Part shown: positions 29,310 through 38,080 of the stretch, one piece after another | How positions within the stretch are numbered: position 1 is the stretch's first letter | Layout: each line of letters starts with the position of its first letter | Source of the DNA: Desulfatiglandales bacterium | GTDB lineage: Bacteria; Desulfobacterota; DSM-4660; Desulfatiglandales; HGW-15 | Length of the DNA: 64,000 bases | Assembly (NCBI GenBank): GCA_963667015.2 | Contig: CAXXJJ010000004.1 | Coordinates: 2,784,001 to 2,848,000, forward strand | Reading direction: 5' to 3' | Notes under the pieces: generated by a model | Database searches by the model: none | The model's input: only the letters and a program-made list of their open reading frames with translations | Told to the model about the DNA's origin: nothing | Translations under genes and position numbers: made by a program

Positions 29310-30575
29310 ATGGCATTAGAGCAATATCAGGGCGATGTAAATATGTGTTGCCGGTGTTCAGCCTGCAAATTCATCCCCTTGCAACAGGTAAAAAGCTATG
29401 ATTTTTCATATGTATGTCCGAGCATAGCAAGATATCAATTTCACAGCTATTCCGGCGGCGGAAGGGCCAATATAATTTCTGCGGGCCTGAAAAACGGATT
29501 TAATTATACAGAAAAGCTTCTGGATATCGTTTACAACTGCCAGATGTGCGGTGCATGCGGTGTCTCATGCAATTATGCGATGGATATGGAGCTCCAGGAA
29601 CCCATCAATGAGCTGCGGCTGAAGTGTGTCGCAGAGGGAAAGACCAATGCAGAGCTTGACCAGGTAATAAAGGGCCTTAAAAAGACCGGCTCTATGGTCC
29701 CGACACAGGGTAAGCGAGGCGACTGGGCCAAAGGACTTAATCTTAAAGATGCGACAAAAGAAAAAGTTGATGTGCTTTTCCATGTCGGCTGCCTTACAAG
29801 CTATAATAAAGACATGCACAAGATTGCAAAGGCCACAGCCAGGATACTGAAAAAGGCCAAGGTCAACTTTGGCATTGCAGGCAACAATGAGACATGCTGC
29901 GGAGGCCGCGCCTATCAGATGGGTTATGAAAATGAATTCCTCAAACAGGCAAAAAAGAACATGGCCATGATTAAAAAGGCAGGCATAAAAACCGTTGTAA
30001 CTGCATGTGCTGACGGATATCAGGCATTCAAGGTCCTTTATGACAAATATGAACTTAAGGGAGATCTTGAAGTACTGCACATAACGGAATATATCGACAT
30101 GCTCATAAAAGACGGTAAACTTACTCCCAAAAAGCAAATTGATATGGTTGTTACATATCATGATCCCTGCCGCCTTGGAAGGCTTGGAGAACCCTGGATT
30201 AACTATAAAGGAAAGAAAATACCCGGTGACAGATTTGTTTTTGATCCCCCGAAGGAATACCGAAAAGGGACAAAAGGAGTTTATGAAATTCCAAGGGATG
30301 TTCTCACCAGTATTCCGGGAATAAAATTGAATGAAATGGAAAGGATTAAAGAATATGCATGGTGCTGCGGCGCAGGAGGAGGAGTTTCAGACTCCAATCC
30401 TGGTTTTGCCCAGTGGACTGCGACTGAAAGGATATTTGAAGCTGTTGCAACAGGAGCTGAAGCCATTGTTTCTGCATGCCCGTGGTGTGAGAAATCATTC
30501 AGTGAGGCAATGGAAGAAAGCGGAAGCAGCATGAAGGTTTATGACATTGTTGAACTTGTAGCAGAATCAATCTAA
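29310..30575 (+). CDS. Fe-S oxidoreductase with two CCG domains (GlcF/HdrD-like)
   Basis: CCRCSAC, CQMCGAC..SC, TCCGG, YHDPC, WCCGAGGG, ACPWC. Confidence 0.9.
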   Translation: MALEQYQGDVNMCCRCSACKFIPLQQVKSYDFSYVCPSIARYQFHSYSGGGRANIISAGLKNGFNYTEKLLDIVYNCQMCGACGVSCNYAMDMELQEPINELRLKCVAEGKTNAELDQVIKGLKKTGSMVPTQGKRGDWAKGLNLKDATKEKVDVLFHVGCLTSYNKDMHKIAKATARILKKAKVNFGIAGNNETCCGGRAYQMGYENEFLKQAKKNMAMIKKAGIKTVVTACADGYQAFKVLYDKYELKGDLEVLHITEYIDMLIKDGKLTPKKQIDMVVTYHDPCRLGRLGEPWINYKGKKIPGDRFVFDPPKEYRKGTKGVYEIPRDVLTSIPGIKLNEMERIKEYAWCCGAGGGVSDSNPGFAQWTATERIFEAVATGAEAIVSACPWCEKSFSEAMEESGSSMKVYDIVELVAESI

Positions 30576-30592
30576 GAAAGGAGGAATATATT

Positions 30593-32065
30593 ATGGCTCT
30601 AGATAATGAAATATATAAAGAGTTGGAAGATGTTGTCGGAAAAGAATATATCTGTAACGATCCGGCGATTATGCCTTCCTACCATGGCACTGAAATGGGA
30701 GCAGTCGTTCTTCCGGAAAATGCGGCACAGGTTCAGGCAATAATTAAAACATGCAACCGCTACCGCCTTAAGTTCAGTGCAGTTTCAACCGGATGGACAG
30801 GATCTTTTGATGAAGGTACCATCTACCTGGACATGAGAAGAATGAACCGCATAATTGAGATTAATGAAAAAAACATGTATGCGGTTGTCGAACCCTATGT
30901 TATCACCGCAGAACTTCAGGCAGAGTGCTTTAAAAAGGGACTGCATTTCAATGTAAAAGGTGCCGGCAGCAACTGCGGGGCAATGCTCAGAGGCCATGGA
31001 CACCTTGATCAGAGCACCGGTGGTGATGACCGAAATCACCTTGCTATTGAATGGATAACGCCCGAGGGTGAGATAGTTCGATCGGGCGCTCTCGGTTCTG
31101 TTGATGAATGGTTCTGCGGCGACGGCCCCGGACCTTCCATCAGATCTATTCTTACCAGCGCGGTACCCCCCGGTGTTACACCAGGCGTTTTTACCAAGGC
31201 GGCAATCAAACTCTATCACTGGCCCGGCCCACCCAAATATGATATACAGGGGCTGTCTCCCAAATATACACTGCCGGAGATTCCCAAGAATATGATGGCA
31301 CGTTATTACAGTTTTCCGTCAGTAGAAAAGATGTGGAATGCAGAAATAACGCTGGGTGAAAATGAAATCTGCATGGAACTCATGGGATTTAACGTGGCAA
31401 TGGTAGCAGCCAATATTACGACCTGCAATGAAGATGATGCAAAGGTATTCCAGCAGCTTGACAAAGAGAAGAAAGGACCCGGCTTTTTTGTAATAATAGC
31501 AGGGAACTCGGATGCGGATTTTGCATTCAAGAAAAAGGCCCTTGAGCAGATTGTGAAGGAAAATGATGGCGAATCAATGAAGTCCCTTGAGGATCCGGAA
31601 ACCGAAGGTATACTTATAGCTCAGTGCACGAGGATATCCGCATCTATCAGGGAAACATTCCGCGCTGGCGGCGCCTTCAGCTCTATCCCGATTATGGGGC
31701 AGAGAGATCTGACCATCAAATGGGCTATCGGAGCCGGCGAAGCCAAGAAGCCATTGATTAAAGCGGGACACATTGTTGATGACGGCGGCGCATTCTTTGG
31801 ATGGGGGGTTGAGCAGGGACATGTGGGCAAGACAGAGATTTTCTGTAAATTCGATCCTGCCAATGAAAAGGCGGCAGAGGCCGTTGCTAAATGGTCCAAG
31901 GAACAGGGCAGGAGGGCCTTTGAGGAGAGTTACTTCGCCCTGATGATGGGTGAGGTAGGTGACGATATTAAAGCCAGTATGTCGCATTATGATAAATGGT
32001 GGATCGCCCTTACACGGGCATTTGATCCGAATGATGTGGCACCCCAGGGTGGCCCGCTGGTCTAA
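30593..32065 (+). CDS. FAD-binding oxidoreductase (second subunit/paralog)
   Basis: LDMRRMNRIIEINEKNMYAVVEPYV, FDPN. Confidence 0.85.
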   Translation: MALDNEIYKELEDVVGKEYICNDPAIMPSYHGTEMGAVVLPENAAQVQAIIKTCNRYRLKFSAVSTGWTGSFDEGTIYLDMRRMNRIIEINEKNMYAVVEPYVITAELQAECFKKGLHFNVKGAGSNCGAMLRGHGHLDQSTGGDDRNHLAIEWITPEGEIVRSGALGSVDEWFCGDGPGPSIRSILTSAVPPGVTPGVFTKAAIKLYHWPGPPKYDIQGLSPKYTLPEIPKNMMARYYSFPSVEKMWNAEITLGENEICMELMGFNVAMVAANITTCNEDDAKVFQQLDKEKKGPGFFVIIAGNSDADFAFKKKALEQIVKENDGESMKSLEDPETEGILIAQCTRISASIRETFRAGGAFSSIPIMGQRDLTIKWAIGAGEAKKPLIKAGHIVDDGGAFFGWGVEQGHVGKTEIFCKFDPANEKAAEAVAKWSKEQGRRAFEESYFALMMGEVGDDIKASMSHYDKWWIALTRAFDPNDVAPQGGPLV

Positions 32066-32076
32066 CACAATACAAT

Positions 32077-32234
32077 CGGGCAGACACGCAGGTCTGCCCG
32101 TACATTGTTTTTTGGAGAATCGAATCTATTTAAATTAATTATAACCTGATTTGTAGGGGCGGACCTGTGTGTCCGCCCTTTTTTTTTAAAATTGCGATGT
32201 GCGTTATAAGGGCACGGTGCGCTGTGCCCCTACA
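32077..32234. repeat. Cluster of GTAG-type REP hairpins
   Basis: GGGCAGACACGCAGGTCTGCCCGTAC; GTAGGGGCGGACCTGTGTGTCCGCCC; GGGCACGGTGCGCTGTGCCCCTAC. Confidence 0.7.
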
Positions 32235-32337
32235 TTCTATTTTGATTAGTATTATCTGTTTTCCTGAAAGCCTATAGCCTAAGCCGCTTCAGCCTGTTTT
32301 CCATCTGGTTTCTGATTTCTGACTACTGACTTCTCTT

Positions 32338-32778
32338 TTATTTCTCCTCGGGCATAAGCATCTCCCAGGTACCCGCCGTAACCACGGAAAAATGGAAGAT
32401 CGGCCTGTCAACGCGCCTTAATATCAAAGGGCAGTGTTTCATACCGCTGGGAATATAGATAAGGCTGCTTCTTGTAATAATGTGTTTTTCATCTTCCAGC
32501 CATATCTCGACCTCGCCTCCAAGGTCATAGGGATCTTCATGGTTGTTACCGAAAAAACCGATGATCTCATTCGGTTCATGGGTATGAGCAGCAAGAGGAG
32601 TCTCGCCTGTCTGTGGCTTCAGGTACCAAGACACATTCATCTGGAACGCTCCATCCACAACCTTGTCATCCATCCAGAGCACACGGGTCGCAAACTTTGC
32701 ATAGTTCTTATTATACTCCTCTGAAAAAGGCGCCCTGAGATCCGATACTATGTATTTCCCGTATTTTGATTCTGCCAT
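32338..32778 (-). CDS. Uncharacterised cupin-like protein (single domain)
   Basis: HTH..E..G...GGEVE..L..E...IP.G..HCP. Confidence 0.7.
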   Translation of the reverse strand: MAESKYGKYIVSDLRAPFSEEYNKNYAKFATRVLWMDDKVVDGAFQMNVSWYLKPQTGETPLAAHTHEPNEIIGFFGNNHEDPYDLGGEVEIWLEDEKHIITRSSLIYIPSGMKHCPLILRRVDRPIFHFSVVTAGTWEMLMPEEK

Positions 32779-32779
32779 A

Positions 32780-34432
32780 CTACCTCCCTTTATTCAGGAA
32801 AAACCATCCCTTTTCCATCTCATCGAGGGTTTTCCTTATTGTAATAATGTTTCTTAACCTCTCATCAGGATCTTTAATTTCCATGATTTGATCCATTTTT
32901 TTTACAACAGCGCGGTCTGCCTCGATCTTGCATCTTTCAAAATAGGCCTGTTGACTGCTGTAAAACCTGTATTTTTCTCTCTGGTCTATTGTAAATTCAA
33001 TGGAACTGTGAATCATTTCCACTATGGTATCCTTGTCGGCCACCGTTGTTTCATAATTCAGCCAATGGTGCCATGAGGGTTTTGAAAGCCATTCAATATA
33101 CTCCTCAAGATTATTATAGAGCAGTTTATACCCATATTTTTTCGGGTCATCAAAGGCCCTTGATCCCGGATCAATCACAATGGGCCCGAGGATCTGGCCT
33201 CCCATGGGAACTGATGAGTCAACACCCCCCAGATAACCTTTCATCAATGCCTCATTATCCGTTTTATCAAGCTCTTTCCACAGCTCCCAGGTCTCTTTCA
33301 TATGACCTTCGGTTTCACCGGCAAGACCTACTGAAAAAAAGTTTGTTACAGGTACATTATACTTATGACAGAGCTTTATTGTCTCAAGAAGTTTCTTATT
33401 GGTGTAATTTCGGCCCAAAAGTTTCCTCACCTCATCGGACCCTGTGTCCGGACATAAATGCATGATTATGTTCGGACTTACCCTGCTTGCCTGTTTTATA
33501 AACTCTTCATTAACAGGCGCAAGGATATCAAGGGACAGCCTCTCAATATAGGGCTTTTCTTTTATTAATAAATCAAACAATTCCTGCCAGTATTTTTTAC
33601 CTCCCATCCTGGCATCCTGGAAGAGCCCTATAAAAAAAATACCGTACTCATTTAATTTCTTCATATCCTGCACTATCTTGGCAGGGCTGCGAAAGGCGGG
33701 CTTATTCATTCCGAGATATTTTTTATAGGTATATGCAGAACCGCCGCAGATTGTGCAGTTGTATGTGCAGCCCCTGCATACCTCCAGGCTGTACCGTGCT
33801 ACAGAATCTTTCGGAAAAATGGAGGTTTTCGGCTCTATGAGGTCAAATCTGGTATATTCAAAGTCATCCAGGTCCTTACTGGCTTCCATCATTGGTGTTA
33901 TGATGGTTTCACCTTCACTTGATCTGTAGGTAAGGTTGGGCGTATCCGTAAGTTTTCCATTTTTTTCAAAGGCCTTTACAAGCTGCATTAAAGGCTTTTC
34001 TGCCTCCGCCCTTATTACCCCGTCAATAAAATCATATTTTTCAATGATTTCTTCATGGAAGCAGGTAGCCGTCAAACCGCCGACAATCACCATTGAATTG
34101 GGGTGATGTTTTTTACAGAGCCTTGCGATCTCAATGCCGCCCTGTGAATGCTGCTGAAAATGAAGCCCCACTGCATATATCTGGGCAGAGCACTCCTTTA
34201 TATGCTTTTCAACATCAAATTCAGGGGTAGTTGTCATCCTGTCACCAAGGTTATCAAGGATCACTTTGTAGCCATGCCTGTCAAGATAATCCGCGATACT
34301 CAGCATCCCTATGGGGACCTTGGTAAACTGGAGGCCCTCTACGGTTCTTCCGAATGCCCCCGGAAACATGGGGGTATATCTGAAATCATAAATGGCAGGC
34401 GGATGAAATAGTATTACATCATAACTTGTCAT
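32780..34432 (-). CDS. B12-binding radical SAM protein
   Basis: N-terminal cobalamin-binding fold (VGGLTAT), CxxxCxxC = CTYNCTIC. Confidence 0.88.
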   Translation of the reverse strand: MTSYDVILFHPPAIYDFRYTPMFPGAFGRTVEGLQFTKVPIGMLSIADYLDRHGYKVILDNLGDRMTTTPEFDVEKHIKECSAQIYAVGLHFQQHSQGGIEIARLCKKHHPNSMVIVGGLTATCFHEEIIEKYDFIDGVIRAEAEKPLMQLVKAFEKNGKLTDTPNLTYRSSEGETIITPMMEASKDLDDFEYTRFDLIEPKTSIFPKDSVARYSLEVCRGCTYNCTICGGSAYTYKKYLGMNKPAFRSPAKIVQDMKKLNEYGIFFIGLFQDARMGGKKYWQELFDLLIKEKPYIERLSLDILAPVNEEFIKQASRVSPNIIMHLCPDTGSDEVRKLLGRNYTNKKLLETIKLCHKYNVPVTNFFSVGLAGETEGHMKETWELWKELDKTDNEALMKGYLGGVDSSVPMGGQILGPIVIDPGSRAFDDPKKYGYKLLYNNLEEYIEWLSKPSWHHWLNYETTVADKDTIVEMIHSSIEFTIDQREKYRFYSSQQAYFERCKIEADRAVVKKMDQIMEIKDPDERLRNIITIRKTLDEMEKGWFFLNKGR

Positions 34433-34507
34433 AAATTATACTCCTCATAGGTCAAATGGAAGGGATTGTGTCAGAAAGGTCGTTGCGTGTCAATTACTTG
34501 GACTTTA

Positions 34508-35254
34508 TTAAATAAAAATTAAAAACAATGCCCCGCAGACAGCAAGGACCTTTACAACCGCTGTAAATACCCTCTGGGAAATCCGGTGAACCATAAAAAT
34601 ACCGATAACTCCACCGACAATAATGAATGGCAGTAATAGCAGATTGGTTTGAAGTGACTGAATGCTGATAAGGTCAAGCCGGTTGCTGAAGGGAAGTTTT
34701 GACAGGTTAATCAACCAGAAGAACCATGCACTCGTCCCGATAAAACTTTCTTTGGGAAGCCTCATGGCCACAAGGTATATAACCATTACAGGCCCTGCTG
34801 CATTTGCCATCATGCTGGTTGATCCTGCCAGGACACCCAGCACTGCGGCAAAGAGCCAGTGCTCAGGGATACTGTCATTGGGAAAGACCTTTTCCCTGAG
34901 CCATGAAACCGCGATAAGGATAAGTACGAGGATACCGATAAATCCCCTGAGATACATATTTGAGATATAACTCATTCCAAGGAATCCGGAAAAGATCCCC
35001 AGCCATGCCCATGGCAACAGTCTTAAAAGCTGCCTCCACGCCACATGTCCGCGCCAGTATATTATGGCAAATATATCCGCCATAATGAGCATCGGCAGGA
35101 CAAATCCGGTTGACTCTTTGGCAGGCATTATGGATGCAGCCAGGAGGGGAGCAAGAATCCCGCTTCCCGGGATTCCCGCTTTTGTAAAACCAATCATAAT
35201 GGCGCATACCACGGCAATTGCCCATTGAAAAAAACTGAATTCAAACATAATCAT
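34508..35254 (-). CDS. TauE/SafE family sulfite exporter-like membrane protein
   Basis: GFTKAGIPG, MANAAGPVM, KLPF. Confidence 0.85.
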   Translation of the reverse strand: MIMFEFSFFQWAIAVVCAIMIGFTKAGIPGSGILAPLLAASIMPAKESTGFVLPMLIMADIFAIIYWRGHVAWRQLLRLLPWAWLGIFSGFLGMSYISNMYLRGFIGILVLILIAVSWLREKVFPNDSIPEHWLFAAVLGVLAGSTSMMANAAGPVMVIYLVAMRLPKESFIGTSAWFFWLINLSKLPFSNRLDLISIQSLQTNLLLLPFIIVGGVIGIFMVHRISQRVFTAVVKVLAVCGALFLIFI

Positions 35255-35303
35255 ACTTTTTAAGGCTCTTTGAACCTCAAACTCCCTGGCAGACAGGTAT
35301 TCA

Positions 35304-36176
35304 TTATTTAAATTTTGAAGAGAACCGATCCACTAAAATATTTTCATCTTCTGAATCATTATTTTTAGAGATATCAATTATAAAGCCGGGTTCAGTATTT
35401 AATATCATAAAGCCATCCGCAACTGAAACCGGCCAGCCATCCTTATTGAATGCCCTGATATCACTGAAACCGGTCATGCCTTCCTCATCATCTCCGGAGA
35501 TCGACAGAGACAGCTTTACATCCTGCTCCTGTCTGCATCGGTTTATGGCCACGATACGCAGCCTGTTCATTCTGCCTGAAGGAAGCTCTCCGAGTTCATC
35601 CCGCGATAATGCATGCTCCGAAACCATCTCTGCTATTTCAGGATAGCTCATCTCATCCATATCTGATATGGGAGGCACATCCTTTGAGGGCAAGAAATAT
35701 AACTGGATCTGGTTCCTGTCAAAATATTTTGGCTCAGCAGTCGCTTTTTCCAGAAATATTAAATTCTTCCCCAGATAATAATATGCGGTTACATCAACAA
35801 AAGCCGTCCTCAACCCCGGATCCCTGAACTCAAGAATAAAACTCAATTCACGATACTTTTCGTCATCCAGCAATGATATATCCTTGGTTATTGCAGCGCC
35901 TACAAGCTTGAATTCCCTGTATACAAGCCCGGTGCCATCCTTTAAGGTGCCAAAATTTTCGTCGAACATTACAGGGCCTATCCCCTGTTCTCTTACACCC
36001 TTCATGTTATAAACAACGGCCATTATAACAGACTGAATATCAACACGCTGATCCGATAATTTTTCGACTGGAATCTCATAATCTTCATCTGTCCCGGCAG
36101 GGACATTTGACGCACAAAAAATTAACAGTGAAGTTAATATGATTATATATTTGTTTAATACAGTTCTACTGATCAT
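35304..36176 (-). CDS. Hypothetical exported protein
   Basis: Signal-peptide-like N-terminus; 1-nt overlap with upstream gene. Confidence 0.7.
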   Translation of the reverse strand: MISRTVLNKYIIILTSLLIFCASNVPAGTDEDYEIPVEKLSDQRVDIQSVIMAVVYNMKGVREQGIGPVMFDENFGTLKDGTGLVYREFKLVGAAITKDISLLDDEKYRELSFILEFRDPGLRTAFVDVTAYYYLGKNLIFLEKATAEPKYFDRNQIQLYFLPSKDVPPISDMDEMSYPEIAEMVSEHALSRDELGELPSGRMNRLRIVAINRCRQEQDVKLSLSISGDDEEGMTGFSDIRAFNKDGWPVSVADGFMILNTEPGFIIDISKNNDSEDENILVDRFSSKFK

Positions 36177-38005
36177 TATTTCTCTTCCTCTCCTTCCGAA
36201 GGACTGTCTGAATTATCAGAGAATATTTCATCAACATAGGCATTGGCTCTGGCAGTAAATCCCGCTTCCTTTCCTCCCTGTTTTCCCTGCTCAACTCCAA
36301 GACCGTCCACGGCGGCCCTTTTCAACCCGTCTCTTACCACATTTTTATTTGCCTTATATATATGGGATTTTATACGCGTATCAAGAGCCCCGTCTATAAA
36401 TCTTCCTGTCTGATTTTTTGTTTTTTCAAAGGCCGTCTCACGAACCATTTCACTTACTCTATTTTTATAAGCCTTATTTTCTTCGAGTACCTTTCCGCCG
36501 ATTCCCTTTGTCAGTTTTCCGCCGGCCCAGCCGGTTGCCTGGTCAATAGCTCCTGTAATGGCGCCCTTTGTAACGGCCTTTGTGAGATCACCGCTTCTTT
36601 GATATTCTGCAGTTCCTTCGCCAATCCCGGCAGCCAGGCTGTCAAAACGACCATATGAAACCATTGCGCTTGTAACCGGTGCACATGTTGCAGCTCCCTG
36701 TGGCCCAACACAGGCTGCCGCAACAATCAGTACCTTTCCTCCAACTATTATATTTTCACCATGATCAATGATGGTTTCAGACACCCAATTGTTATATATC
36801 CAGTTATTATCATTCAACCTTCTGGAGTATTCTTCATTAATCCTTTGCCTGGCCTCTCTATCTTCCTTTTCAATTTTCTTATCTTCTTTTTCCCTTTCAG
36901 CCCGTGCAAGATCTATCTGCGCCTTTCTCGCTGCCCAGCGCTTTTTATCCAGTTCTGTGGGGACAAAAACAGAGGCATCAGGCAGAGGCATATAATAGGA
37001 CTCTTCCGGCTCGGGTTCTGCTGGTTCCTCGACAATTTCAGTGACTTCCGGCGTCTCCTTTGTTACGGGAACCTGGACTGCAGCCACCTCTTTTTTAAGG
37101 ATTTCCCTTGTTGATTGATTTTCCGCACGATTGATCTGGTGCTGATTATCCCTTATCCACTGTTCCGTGCTTTCGCTGAAGTCGTGTTTCTCCCTGTCTC
37201 CCACCCATTGGGCCCCTGCTTCTGTTGTACCTGATTTTGGAATTGCTGGGACGGAGGCAATCCTTTGTCCGGAGGATTCATTAATAAGTGCCAGCAACTC
37301 AGGTATACCTCCAAGTTCCTCGGCATTCAGTTTCAATGTATCAATAATTGCCTTTGAAATTGCCTTGTGCTCCTGTTTCTTACTTGGAAAGATTGTATAG
37401 CTGCTCTTTTTCACATCATTTACTTCATATATCTTTTCAAAAAATTTCAGGCCTCCATGATACATGCCTACCCTGATTTTAATGCTCGCAATTAAGGAAG
37501 GCCTGACCATTCCTCCCATTCGAAAACTGAACTCAACAGTTTCAGGTACAATGGCTATGGAATCGGGCCCGGCTCCAGACAGACTGGATGCCTCAGTTAT
37601 TTTTTCAAAAACCTGTGGATAGATCATTTCAGCGGCCTTTTTAAGGCCTTCGCCTATATGAAACTCATACTTTCTGAAAGATCCCTGGAATGATTCAGGC
37701 TTGCCCTTAAACACATAATTTACTGCCTCAGGGGTAAGCACAAGACAGGCCGGGTAACTGATCTTTCCAGCATCTATTTTTGCATAGGGCATAGAGGAAA
37801 AATCAATCCGGTCATAAAGGGGAATAGCCGAAAAAGGACCACCTGCTGCATTATCTACACTTTTAATTACCTGATTCGAATTGTTTATACCTTTTTCATC
37901 CAGTTGATCCTTCAACAGATCTCCGGCTGTCTGGCCGGCCTGTGAAAGAACCGGCATCAGCAGATATATCAATATTATGTTTATCTTCAAAAATAACTTT
38001 GACAT
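36176..38005 (-). CDS. Hypothetical exported protein with coiled-coil and Gly/Ala-rich C-terminal region
   Basis: Signal peptide ...SQA, 609-aa ORF, AGGAG RBS. Confidence 0.7.
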   Translation of the reverse strand: MSKLFLKINIILIYLLMPVLSQAGQTAGDLLKDQLDEKGINNSNQVIKSVDNAAGGPFSAIPLYDRIDFSSMPYAKIDAGKISYPACLVLTPEAVNYVFKGKPESFQGSFRKYEFHIGEGLKKAAEMIYPQVFEKITEASSLSGAGPDSIAIVPETVEFSFRMGGMVRPSLIASIKIRVGMYHGGLKFFEKIYEVNDVKKSSYTIFPSKKQEHKAISKAIIDTLKLNAEELGGIPELLALINESSGQRIASVPAIPKSGTTEAGAQWVGDREKHDFSESTEQWIRDNQHQINRAENQSTREILKKEVAAVQVPVTKETPEVTEIVEEPAEPEPEESYYMPLPDASVFVPTELDKKRWAARKAQIDLARAEREKEDKKIEKEDREARQRINEEYSRRLNDNNWIYNNWVSETIIDHGENIIVGGKVLIVAAACVGPQGAATCAPVTSAMVSYGRFDSLAAGIGEGTAEYQRSGDLTKAVTKGAITGAIDQATGWAGGKLTKGIGGKVLEENKAYKNRVSEMVRETAFEKTKNQTGRFIDGALDTRIKSHIYKANKNVVRDGLKRAAVDGLGVEQGKQGGKEAGFTARANAYVDEIFSDNSDSPSEGEEEK

Positions 38006-38080
38006 TACAACTCCTTATAACAGAAATAAAACACCCCGCGGCGATCAGCGGGGAGCAGATTTTGCGCTTTGCAACATATT

